Notes under the pieces: model-generated
What the model saw: only the letters and a program-made list of their open reading frames with translations
Databases searched by the model: none
What the model was told of the DNA's origin: nothing
Part shown: positions 49,406 through 58,878 of the stretch, piece by piece
Numbering within the stretch: position 1 is the stretch's first letter
Layout: each line of letters starts with the position of its first letter
IMG/VR virus record: IMGVR_UViG_3300015615_000196
Span: 160,001-224,000 of that record
Reading direction: 5' to 3' (one strand)
Source: a virus
Taxonomy: Duplodnaviria; Caudoviricetes
Length of the DNA stretch: 64,000 bases
Made by a program: the position numbers and the translations under genes

Positions 49406-49666
49406 ATGCCAGAAAACGACTTCAATAACAACCAAACGAGAGAATACAATCTTCGACTTGGGGATTACCCCCAAAAAATAGACGAAGCCACAGATACTTT
49501 GGTCTATGTGGGCTTTGCTCAAGTTCAGGGTCAAGACCCATCATTAGCACTCTGGAAAATCAAAAAAATCGAAAAAATCGGTAGTGTGTGGGAAATTACT
49601 TATGCCGATGGTGACGAACAGTACGACAACATTTGGAATAACCGTGCATCATTAAACTATAAGTAA
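49406..49666 (+). CDS. Small virion-associated protein, paralog of 57611-57871
   Basis: Ends YADGDEQYDNIWNNRASLNYK; follows the palindrome CTATTTATAAATAG. Confidence 0.75.
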   Translation: MPENDFNNNQTREYNLRLGDYPQKIDEATDTLVYVGFAQVQGQDPSLALWKIKKIEKIGSVWEITYADGDEQYDNIWNNRASLNYK

Positions 49667-49671
49667 GAGTA

Positions 49672-51552
49672 ATGAGTTTAGTAATTGATAAATTAACAGG
49701 ACAGATTTACCTTTTCGATATTTCTGGTGGGGGTGGAAGTGGTTCCACTGCAACCTACCCGGAGGTAAATCTATTTTCTCAATTACCGAGTGCTGCTGCA
49801 AATAACGGCAAAATCTACGTAGTCCGTCAACCATCGGGTACGTTCATGATCAACCGTAAAGAAGCGGGTCTCTATTATTCTAATGGAGTAGTCTGGACAC
49901 GTTTAGGCGATATTCCTTCATTCTTCAACGATGACAATTTCCAGATTTACGATGGTACTGACAACACCAAACAAGTAAGGTTTCAATTATCTGGTGTTAC
50001 CAGTGGTCAACAACGAGTAGTTACTGTCCGTGATAGTAACGGTACAATGGCATACTTGACTGACTTGAATGCTAAAGTAGACACGTCAGTTTTCGCATTG
50101 TACACGGGCACAACTGCACCGGGACAATTCCTTGGCATTTCCAATTTCAATGTATATAGTGCTGCTACGAACACACGCATCACAAATCTTGAACATGCAA
50201 TTACAGGAGTTACGGGAAGTGATATACATTTTGAGAATGTCGTTTACGTAATGAATAGTGGTAATGATACCACTGGAAATGGTACGATAAACAAACCATA
50301 TGCAACGGTGACGAAAGCAATGACTTCGATCACGGGTGCATCAAATACGAATCGATATGTAATTCAACTTCCAGCAGGAAATCATACCGAAGCATCAATT
50401 GCTTTAAAGCCTTGGGTGTTTATTCGAGGTTTGGGAAATCAACAAACTCGACTTGCCGTATCGACAAATAAAATTGTTCCAGATGCGTCATTTGGTACGA
50501 TGAACGGTAGAAGTGGACTGATTGATCTTTCGTTGAATGGTTCAACAGGAATCAATTTTGATTTACGAACATTGGGCAATTTTAGTTGCGTATTGGACGT
50601 AAATAGATGTTGGGTCAACGGTGAATTTAATTTTTTGGGTAGAATTAGTGGTGCAGATTTTTTGCAGGTTTTCAACACGTTCATGTTTTCAAACCTGAAT
50701 AACATCAATACGAAAGTTGCAGTTGGGAACTCATATGTTGCTGGTGACTTCAATGTAAATCTTTCAGGTTCAACAAGCAATGTTGATGTCGATGTTAATG
50801 CCACAGAATTGTACAGCAATGTCAACATCAAAAGTGATGGAAGTAATACGACCACAGTAAAGTGGAGTGCTTGTTACATTGGGGGCAATCATGTTTACAG
50901 TGGTAACAATATGACCATCACATCTGATGCGGTGTCATTATCACAAACGGATAGTAATATAACAATTGCCGGAGGTGCTGTGTTAAGCCGAATCACTGGT
51001 GCACATGCTGTCTCAGCAGGATACACACCGTCAAATTACACTGCTGCAATTGACACAGTAAAATCTCACTTGACTGGAATTGACGCAAAATTAGGATCGA
51101 TTTCGGTAAGTGGAGGCACAACATATCATGCAATTCAAGTTGTTGATTTAGTTGGTGGAATTGATGTGAATACTATTGCACCTACATCGGTGCAGTGGAC
51201 AAATGTTGAATTTACGGGTAGTTCACTCAATTATACGGGTGCAAGTCGTATTTATATTCAGGCGACCGGGAATTATGAAATAACCTACAATTTGGTGCTT
51301 AAAAACGGGAATAATACCTCGAAAACCATTGGTAGTGTTATCAAAATGAACGGTACGACAAACGTAACTCCTTTGAGCGTTGCCACTTATATCGATAGTG
51401 GAACTTCGATCACGGGAAGTAATAACATTGCAAATTACAAGAAAACATTTAATGCTGGTGATTACATAGAATTACAAGCATTTAGAATTGGTGGTACTGG
51501 TTCAGCAGAAACTATTCCAGAAGCATCATTCATAAGAGTAGTAAGGATTTAA
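49672..51552 (+). CDS. Tail fibre/spike protein
   Basis: GND..GNGT..KPYATV..A beta-helix cap, and a C-terminal C1q/BclA-like domain (G.YEITY...AGDYIEL). Confidence 0.7.
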   Translation: MSLVIDKLTGQIYLFDISGGGGSGSTATYPEVNLFSQLPSAAANNGKIYVVRQPSGTFMINRKEAGLYYSNGVVWTRLGDIPSFFNDDNFQIYDGTDNTKQVRFQLSGVTSGQQRVVTVRDSNGTMAYLTDLNAKVDTSVFALYTGTTAPGQFLGISNFNVYSAATNTRITNLEHAITGVTGSDIHFENVVYVMNSGNDTTGNGTINKPYATVTKAMTSITGASNTNRYVIQLPAGNHTEASIALKPWVFIRGLGNQQTRLAVSTNKIVPDASFGTMNGRSGLIDLSLNGSTGINFDLRTLGNFSCVLDVNRCWVNGEFNFLGRISGADFLQVFNTFMFSNLNNINTKVAVGNSYVAGDFNVNLSGSTSNVDVDVNATELYSNVNIKSDGSNTTTVKWSACYIGGNHVYSGNNMTITSDAVSLSQTDSNITIAGGAVLSRITGAHAVSAGYTPSNYTAAIDTVKSHLTGIDAKLGSISVSGGTTYHAIQVVDLVGGIDVNTIAPTSVQWTNVEFTGSSLNYTGASRIYIQATGNYEITYNLVLKNGNNTSKTIGSVIKMNGTTNVTPLSVATYIDSGTSITGSNNIANYKKTFNAGDYIELQAFRIGGTGSAETIPEASFIRVVRI

Positions 51553-51565
51553 ACAAAACACGCAC

Positions 51566-53863
51566 ATGGCATTTCGTTATTTAAAGTATCTCACGGATTA
51601 TGGCAATACAATTGTTGCCGAAAGCCCTACCCCATTTATATTGGGGCCGGGTGAAGGTCAAATCTTCACTAATTTTGAAATCCCTGCGATTCAACCACTT
51701 TACCTTTATGCGGAAAGTGGGGGCAACGTAATCGTCAATAGCGATCCACAGATCAATGCATATCTTGCATCGATTGGTGAGGAACCTTTTGATAGTGTCT
51801 TCACTGGTTATACTGCAACCACTGAGCAAAGATTAAGTGGCATTGAAAGTAACGTTATTTATCTTTCAGGTGAAACTGCACTTCGTCTCAGAATATCAGA
51901 CTTCAATGTTTATTCTGGTGCAACACTTTCAAACATCAATAGCAGACTAAAAATAACTGACTTTAATGTTTACTCTGCTGCAACATTAACGAACATCAAC
52001 AGTAGATTACTAACAAGTAATTTCAATACATATTCAGCAAACACACAGACACAGATCAATGGTAAGTTGAATATTACAGATTTCAACGTCTATTCTGCTG
52101 CAACTCTTTCATTAATTCAGTCTTCACAATCAGGTCTCGATCCAAAACAATCTGTATTCGTAGCAACCACTGCACCTTTAGGTGGTGGTGCAACTTATAG
52201 TGCAACAGGCGGTACAGCAGGAACTGGTTCGTTTACATCGGCCCCGACAACCATTGACGGTCGAACACTTTCAAACGGAAAAAGAGTTTTGGTTAAGAAC
52301 CAAGTAGATGCAAGACAAAATGGTATCTATGTTGTAATCTCTTCTGGTGTATGGCATCGTGCTCCTGATCAAAACGGTGTACCTGCAACAAATATCAGTG
52401 CTGGTAACTATACCTTTATTGAAACTGGCACAACAAATATTGGTTCAGGATGGGTGGTTATTGGCAATGGTCAGTTGACCGTTAACGTTGATAACATTGT
52501 CTGGACACAATTTAATGCTTCAACCGGATATGTTCAGGGTGTAGGTATTCTTATTACTGGAAACACAATTTCATTTAACGGTTCTGCGGTAGCAGGTAAC
52601 AGTTTAACATGGAATGGTACACAATTAAATGTTGATCCTACTACTGGAACACTGGCAACGGCTCTTGCAGCAAAACTTGACAAGACAGTGTTCAATACAT
52701 TCACAGGTACAACAGCACCTGCAACGTATTTGTCAATTGCAAACTTCAATTCATATTCAGCAGCAACTCAGACTCAGATCAACAACAAGTTGAATACGTC
52801 TGACTTCAACACATACAGTGCGAACACAGCAAACATTCTTAACACAAAGGTTGATTCGGCAAATAACGGTTTAACTAAGGTAGGAAGAAATATACACCTT
52901 GGTGGTACGTTAACAGGTACAACCAACATTGGTCTTGGATCATTCAATTTGATATTGACTGGTGGAACTGGTACACTTCGTTATGGTTCAGACCTTTCAG
53001 CACAATACAATGTAAGATCATTGGTTGACAAAGGATACGTAACTGGTATTACCAGTACGTTACTTACTATCTCAGCATTCAATGTATATTCAGCAGCAAC
53101 GCTTACAAATATCAACAGCAGATTGTTGACCAGTGCGTTCAACACGTATTCAGGTAACACTGCCAACTTGATTAACACCAAAATTGGTTCAGCAAACAAT
53201 GGTTTAACTAAATCAGGTACTAACGTACATCTTGGCGGTACATTAACAGGTGCAACAACTATTGGACTTGGTACTGTCAATTTAACTTTGACAGGTACTA
53301 CTGGTACACTTCGTTACGGTTCTGACTTGTCAGCACAGTATAATGTTCGTTCCGTTGTCGATAAAGGTTATGTCACTGGTATCACCAGTACATTACTTAC
53401 GAAATCATCGTTCAATTCATACACTGCAAGTACAGCAACTCAACAAATATTGTTGATCAGTACTGGTACTACAGATTTAAATCAGGTAACACCAACAACA
53501 ATCACATGGCATATTCAAAGAAGATATGACACTACATATTTCTTGTTCACTGGTGGTACAAATATTAGAATCTTGTCGGCAGGAAATTATGACATATCAT
53601 ATCAGATAAATTTGGCGAGTGCAAATGCAGCCGCTAAATCATTAAGTAGTAATGTCTATGTAAACGGATCGGCAGCAAGCGACACATTGGCATCAACATA
53701 TACACAAAGTAACAATGCAGTATGTTCGTTGGTTTTAGGTCGAATTCAGAAATCATTTGCAGCAAACGATTTAATTACGTTGCGTGGATATAGAATTTTG
53801 AATGCAGGTGCGGCAAATACAGTACCAAATTCAGTCTTCATATCGATCACTAAAAAGGTTTAA
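51566..53863 (+). CDS. Tail fibre protein with repeats
   Basis: FNVYSAAT repeats, RVLVKNQ...QNGIY..W.RA domain, two LGGTLTG modules, C1q-like C-terminus. Confidence 0.8.
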   Translation: MAFRYLKYLTDYGNTIVAESPTPFILGPGEGQIFTNFEIPAIQPLYLYAESGGNVIVNSDPQINAYLASIGEEPFDSVFTGYTATTEQRLSGIESNVIYLSGETALRLRISDFNVYSGATLSNINSRLKITDFNVYSAATLTNINSRLLTSNFNTYSANTQTQINGKLNITDFNVYSAATLSLIQSSQSGLDPKQSVFVATTAPLGGGATYSATGGTAGTGSFTSAPTTIDGRTLSNGKRVLVKNQVDARQNGIYVVISSGVWHRAPDQNGVPATNISAGNYTFIETGTTNIGSGWVVIGNGQLTVNVDNIVWTQFNASTGYVQGVGILITGNTISFNGSAVAGNSLTWNGTQLNVDPTTGTLATALAAKLDKTVFNTFTGTTAPATYLSIANFNSYSAATQTQINNKLNTSDFNTYSANTANILNTKVDSANNGLTKVGRNIHLGGTLTGTTNIGLGSFNLILTGGTGTLRYGSDLSAQYNVRSLVDKGYVTGITSTLLTISAFNVYSAATLTNINSRLLTSAFNTYSGNTANLINTKIGSANNGLTKSGTNVHLGGTLTGATTIGLGTVNLTLTGTTGTLRYGSDLSAQYNVRSVVDKGYVTGITSTLLTKSSFNSYTASTATQQILLISTGTTDLNQVTPTTITWHIQRRYDTTYFLFTGGTNIRILSAGNYDISYQINLASANAAAKSLSSNVYVNGSAASDTLASTYTQSNNAVCSLVLGRIQKSFAANDLITLRGYRILNAGAANTVPNSVFISITKKV

Positions 53864-53870
53864 TGGTTAA

Positions 53871-56684
53871 ATGGCATTACTATATTTCAAATACCGTACA
53901 GACTATGGCAATACGATAATAGCAAGTTCTGTAAATTCATTTTCTTTAGGGCCAAATGAAGCACAGATACAACTTGACTATACGATTCCATCAGTGCAAC
54001 CACTCTATCTATACAGAGTGCAAGCAGGAAATATTGTTGAAAATCTTGATGTAAACGTTAACGGATACAACCAAAGTATTGGTAACGATGTGAGTAATCC
54101 GTTGTCATCAAATGTTTTTACCGGATACACTGGTACAACAGCCCCTGCAACATTTGCACTAAAAGTAAGATTTAACACGTATACTGGTACAACTGCTCCG
54201 GCAACGTATCAAAGTAAATCAAGTATCGTTACATTGACTGGTACTACTTTACCAGCAACCTATGTTGCAAAAAGTGTTTTCAATTCATACACAGGTGGTA
54301 CAACAAACGTGACTACTGCAAGTAATGGTGTTCGTAAAAATGGATCGAACATAAGACTTGGAGGTTCGTTGACAGGTTCGACAAACATTGGACTTGGGAC
54401 GTTTAATCTTGTGTTCACTGGTTCATCAGGCACATTAAGATATGGTTCTGATTTATCAGCAAGTTACAATGTTCGTTCTTTTGTAGATAAAGGATATGTG
54501 ACGGGTATCACAAGTACCTTGCTCACGGTATCAGCATTCAATACATACTCAGGCAATACTGCTAACTTAATCAATACAAAGTTGGCAACTTCTGCGTTTA
54601 ATACGTATTCAGGAAACACTGCCAACTTGATCAACACTAAAGTTGGTTCAGCCAATAATGGTGTTAGAAAGACTGGTACTAATGTTTATCTTGGTGGTTC
54701 ATTAACAGGATCAACCAATCTTGGTCTTGGCGCATTGAATTTGATATTCACTGCAACTACAGGAACAGTCAGATATGGTGCTGATTATTCTGCCAATTTT
54801 AATGTGCGTTCACTTGTTGATAAAGGTTATGTGACTGGTATTACCAGTACACTTGTTACACAAGCAAAAATAAACACATACACGGGTACAACAGCCCCAA
54901 ATACATTTGTGGCTAAAAGCGTATTTTCAACGTACACTGGCGGTACAACAAATGTAACAAGTGCAAGCAATGGGGTTCGTAAAAACGGTAATAATGTTCG
55001 TCTTGGTGGTTCATTGACAGGTTCAACAAATATTGGTCTTGGAACTTTCAATTTAGTATTCACTGGTTCAAGTGGAACATTACGTTATGGGTCTGATCTT
55101 TCTGCAAGTTATAATGTGAGATCATTAGTAGATAGGGGCTATGTGACAGGTATAACCAGCACATTGCTTACGGTATCTGCATTTAATACTTATTCAGGTA
55201 ATACGGCTAACTTAATCAACACAAAGTTGGCAACATCAGCATTCAATACTTACTCAGGCAATACTGCTAACTTGATCAATACAAAAGTAGGATCAGCCAA
55301 TAATGGTGTAAGAAAAACAGGCACTAATGTCTATTTGGGAGGATCATTGACGGGTTCTACCAATATTGGACTCGGTACGTTTAATATTGTATTTACTGGT
55401 TCGTCAGGAACTTTAAGATATGGTTCAGACTTGTCTGCTTCTTACAATGTAAGATCATTAGTGGATAGGGGTTATGTGACAGGTATCACCAGCACACTAC
55501 TTTCAACATCAGCATTCAATACCTACTCAGGCAATACTGCTAATTTGATCAACACAAAGTTGGCAACATCTGCATTTAACACCTACTCTGGTAACACGGC
55601 TAACTTGATCAACACAAAAGTCGGATCAGCCAATAATGGTTTAACTAAGGTTGGTACAAATGTTAGATTGGGTGGATCGCTGACAGGTGCAACTACAATT
55701 GATGCAACAACAAGCACGTTATTATTTACAGGTACAACTGGTCAATTCAACGTTGATAGAACAACTGCATCAATAAATCTCAGTACCAGAAATGCTTTAA
55801 CACTGGTAGGTAAAAACACTGGTGGTGCAACCAGAGTGACTTTTAAAATTTCTGCAACTGGTACAACATATAGTGATGCAACTGCAACAGGCATTGTGTA
55901 TGGTGCAGATTATTCTTCTGGTTTTGTTCCTCGTACACTTGTTGACAAAGGATACGTTACAGGTATCACAAGTACATTGGTGGCAACTGCTGGTAATGGC
56001 ATAAGAAAGAATGGACAAAATGTGCGTCTTGGCGGCTCATTAACAGGTTCAACAAATCTTGGTCTTGGCACATTCAATCTTATCTTCACGGGCACAACCG
56101 GAACGCTTCGTTATGGTTCTGACTTGTCGGCACAATACAACGTTCGTTCTTTAGTCGATAAAGGGTACGTTACTGGAACAACACAGGCAGCAATTACGGT
56201 GAGAAATAGTGGTACAACATTAAATACCGTACCAGTTGAATTCACAACATGGAATTTCTCAAGTGGATTGACAGCAATCGATAAAGGATCAAATGTTCTT
56301 GAAATTCAAGCAGTGTATGGTGGTGAAGTTTATTCAACAGGTCGTACAAGTACTGCAACAAATTCGGGAGCACTTGCTGATTATCTTGCAAGGAGTTTTT
56401 CTTTGGCAGGTGGTGTCTATAAAATAGAATTTGCATATAAGGGTGGTATTGCAACAGCAAACGTAAATTTCACTGTTACATTGTTAGTTGATGGTGTGGC
56501 ATTGGTTAGCGGAAATAATACGGCATATAGAAACGTTGCATCCGGTAATAGGACGATGGTTTATGCGTTTGGAGTACAAACGCTATCTCGTGGTTCTCAC
56601 TCATTTAGATTGCAACACGCACCTACAGCAGGTGGTACTTTGACCGGAGATTATGGACAAATATTGATAACAAGAATTGGATAA
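53871..56684 (+). CDS. Long repeat tail fibre protein
   Basis: Six NG..K.G.N..LGGSLTG...YG.D.S...RSLVD.GYVTG modules; N-terminus paralogous to 51566. Confidence 0.8.
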   Translation: MALLYFKYRTDYGNTIIASSVNSFSLGPNEAQIQLDYTIPSVQPLYLYRVQAGNIVENLDVNVNGYNQSIGNDVSNPLSSNVFTGYTGTTAPATFALKVRFNTYTGTTAPATYQSKSSIVTLTGTTLPATYVAKSVFNSYTGGTTNVTTASNGVRKNGSNIRLGGSLTGSTNIGLGTFNLVFTGSSGTLRYGSDLSASYNVRSFVDKGYVTGITSTLLTVSAFNTYSGNTANLINTKLATSAFNTYSGNTANLINTKVGSANNGVRKTGTNVYLGGSLTGSTNLGLGALNLIFTATTGTVRYGADYSANFNVRSLVDKGYVTGITSTLVTQAKINTYTGTTAPNTFVAKSVFSTYTGGTTNVTSASNGVRKNGNNVRLGGSLTGSTNIGLGTFNLVFTGSSGTLRYGSDLSASYNVRSLVDRGYVTGITSTLLTVSAFNTYSGNTANLINTKLATSAFNTYSGNTANLINTKVGSANNGVRKTGTNVYLGGSLTGSTNIGLGTFNIVFTGSSGTLRYGSDLSASYNVRSLVDRGYVTGITSTLLSTSAFNTYSGNTANLINTKLATSAFNTYSGNTANLINTKVGSANNGLTKVGTNVRLGGSLTGATTIDATTSTLLFTGTTGQFNVDRTTASINLSTRNALTLVGKNTGGATRVTFKISATGTTYSDATATGIVYGADYSSGFVPRTLVDKGYVTGITSTLVATAGNGIRKNGQNVRLGGSLTGSTNLGLGTFNLIFTGTTGTLRYGSDLSAQYNVRSLVDKGYVTGTTQAAITVRNSGTTLNTVPVEFTTWNFSSGLTAIDKGSNVLEIQAVYGGEVYSTGRTSTATNSGALADYLARSFSLAGGVYKIEFAYKGGIATANVNFTVTLLVDGVALVSGNNTAYRNVASGNRTMVYAFGVQTLSRGSHSFRLQHAPTAGGTLTGDYGQILITRIG

Positions 56685-56685
56685 T

Positions 56686-57600
56686 ATGAAATTACTTGCA
56701 TATACATTGAATGGGCAAATTCTTGGAGTCGATAAAACCTCTTGGGATGATACGGATTTTATTGGATTTCCATTTACTGCATGTACCGACAATGCAATAA
56801 TTCCTTCTGGCTATACGGACATTAGTAGCATATTAAATTGGGGTAAGTTCGGTGAAGAATGCGGATTGAATTATGTGAAGGTAAGAAACGAAATCAAAAA
56901 ATATCTTTTAAATGAATCTTTCAGTGATGAAGAAATTGCAGTGTTAAAGAGATACAATCTTTACAAGTATTACAGAATATACGATCAGATAAACGATGCA
57001 AATGTCATAATAAGCGATCACCCGCCAATTGATCTTGACTACGATCTAATGGGTTTCAACAAGAAAAGATTTTTCAACAAAGGAGAATTGGAGCGTGTTG
57101 AATATTATGAGAACTATACGTTGTCGGCAACTACTTTCAGTGTGAAAACTGTAGAAGAGATTAGAACATACAACAGAATAAATCAGATGTTGAGTAGTAG
57201 AGTGATGTCAATTAATTGGATTCTTAGTGATGACACTACTGGATTTACAAAAAATACAGTGAAGTACTACACACCAATTGAAGCAATTCAAGCAGGTGAA
57301 ACAAGAAGATCGAATTTAATTTCAAATCTTAAAATAACGGTAATTGGTATACTTATGCAGTTTTCAGGAGCATCATCAATTATTGCACAGCAGGTCGGAA
57401 CGCCTTTTTTGGATAAGTATTCTATTGACATTGCAAAGTACATTCAGGGGTATGAACAACAGTTAAAGGACGCAATAGATGCTGACGATGAATTCAATTG
57501 GCTAAATTTGGTCATTCCAAATACAGGAGGAATAACGGTTCGTCAGTATTTAATATCAGAACTAACCATCGATTACACGATAAATAACACTCACGTATAA
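56686..57600 (+). CDS. Hypothetical protein (possible fibre chaperone)
   Basis: ORF from ATG 56686 directly after the fibre gene. Confidence 0.65.
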   Translation: MKLLAYTLNGQILGVDKTSWDDTDFIGFPFTACTDNAIIPSGYTDISSILNWGKFGEECGLNYVKVRNEIKKYLLNESFSDEEIAVLKRYNLYKYYRIYDQINDANVIISDHPPIDLDYDLMGFNKKRFFNKGELERVEYYENYTLSATTFSVKTVEEIRTYNRINQMLSSRVMSINWILSDDTTGFTKNTVKYYTPIEAIQAGETRRSNLISNLKITVIGILMQFSGASSIIAQQVGTPFLDKYSIDIAKYIQGYEQQLKDAIDADDEFNWLNLVIPNTGGITVRQYLISELTIDYTINNTHV

Positions 57601-57610
57601 CCCTAAAAAA

Positions 57611-57871
57611 ATGGAAATTGACGACAGAATCAACTATCCACCAGTAGGCGGGAATCTTTCACAAGACGCAAGCAATTGGTTAAGAAAAGATGCTGCTGCC
57701 GGAGCAACGTATTATGGATACGCTTTTTCTCTTGGTGCTGACCCTGCTGCTGCGGTATGGAGAATTCGTAAAGAAACAGTTACTGGTACGGTTACGGTTG
57801 TAACCTATGCTGATGGTGACGGAGAGTACGATAACATTTGGAATAACAGAGCGAGTTTAACCTACAAATAA
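57611..57871 (+). CDS. Small virion-associated protein, paralog of 49406-49666
   Basis: Ends YADGDGEYDNIWNNRASLTYK. Confidence 0.75.
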   Translation: MEIDDRINYPPVGGNLSQDASNWLRKDAAAGATYYGYAFSLGADPAAAVWRIRKETVTGTVTVVTYADGDGEYDNIWNNRASLTYK

Positions 57872-57872
57872 C

Positions 57873-58253
57873 ATGTACGGATGGTTAATCATATTCATGC
57901 TCGTACTTGCAATTGGAGTTTTGCTTTACATTCAAATATCTAAGTTGCAGTTACTTCATAAATTGGTAGCAAGTTTTGATAACTCGGCTGATGGGTTCAG
58001 TGCGAGAAAATTGTCTGCATTTATCGGTGTTTCAGTTTCTGTCATTGCAACATTTAGATTCGTAGACGATAAGACTGTTATTGAGGCGTTGATGGTATGG
58101 TTGGTCTTTGCACTTCTTTGCTTGGGTATTATTACAGCAGAACAACTTTTGAAGTTCTACAACAAGGATAAGAAAGATGCTCCTGCTGCACCTGTCGAAG
58201 AAAAAAAGGACGAGACACCGCCACCTGCTGATCCACCAGTCGATAAACTTTAA
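57873..58253 (+). CDS. Membrane protein, holin-like
   Basis: Three hydrophobic segments and a charged C-terminal tail. Confidence 0.5.
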   Translation: MYGWLIIFMLVLAIGVLLYIQISKLQLLHKLVASFDNSADGFSARKLSAFIGVSVSVIATFRFVDDKTVIEALMVWLVFALLCLGIITAEQLLKFYNKDKKDAPAAPVEEKKDETPPPADPPVDKL

Positions 58254-58255
58254 AA

Positions 58256-58432
58256 ATGAAACGAATTTTACTTAGACTGTTGGGTAGACAAATTGGTCAC
58301 TACAGTGTGATTGTCGGACTCGTAACATCATTGAGTTTCGTGACACCGGGAAATGTATTAGCATTCTTGATTATCACATTAGGGACAACAGCAGTAAATT
58401 TAGGATTGATGAACGTAGGAAACAATGTATAA
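58256..58432 (+). CDS. Small membrane protein (58 aa)
   Basis: Below the track cut-off: MKRILLRLLGRQ...VLAFLIITLG...NNV*; fills the gap between neighbours. Confidence 0.55.
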   Translation: MKRILLRLLGRQIGHYSVIVGLVTSLSFVTPGNVLAFLIITLGTTAVNLGLMNVGNNV

Positions 58433-58832
58433 TAGCAGACCAACATTTTTCATAAAGAAAAACAGCAACTTGCCGAAATTGAAATTTGCTCTTTCGGAAC
58501 AGTTGCTTTTACGTTATGATATTACGGAAGACATGCTCGGTAATTGTGCAGTTACTTTCTCAATGCAAAATTCAGAAGACGGCACGTATCGTATTGCCAA
58601 CAAAGCAGCAGACCTTCTTGTGAATACCGATTTTGAATCAAATCCAGATGACGACAAATACAATCTCGTATATAAGTTTTCATTGGCAGATACCACTAAG
58701 CCGGGTATTTTTTTAGGTGAGTTTAAAGTTGATTTCTTGGGTGAAGATCAGTGCGGGAAGATAACGTTCCCTGTAACTGATAAAATCACAATTGTAATAC
58801 AGGATTCTTCAACGAAAACCACCGTTATTTAA
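58425..58832 (+). CDS. Baseplate upper-protein (BppU N-terminal-like) domain protein
   Basis: FFIKKN...P.L, VTFSM, Y.F...DT..PG.F.GEF.V..KITFP. Confidence 0.55.
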   Translation: MYNSRPTFFIKKNSNLPKLKFALSEQLLLRYDITEDMLGNCAVTFSMQNSEDGTYRIANKAADLLVNTDFESNPDDDKYNLVYKFSLADTTKPGIFLGEFKVDFLGEDQCGKITFPVTDKITIVIQDSSTKTTVI

Positions 58833-58878
58833 TCTGTGACCGTTTCTGGTTGCCGATTTTTTCCTATATTTACGTTCA

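Noticed and set aside
49672-56684. Diversity-generating retroelement TR/VR pair among the fibre repeats
   Set aside because: Repeat differences are synonymous and not adenine-specific; no reverse transcriptase in the window
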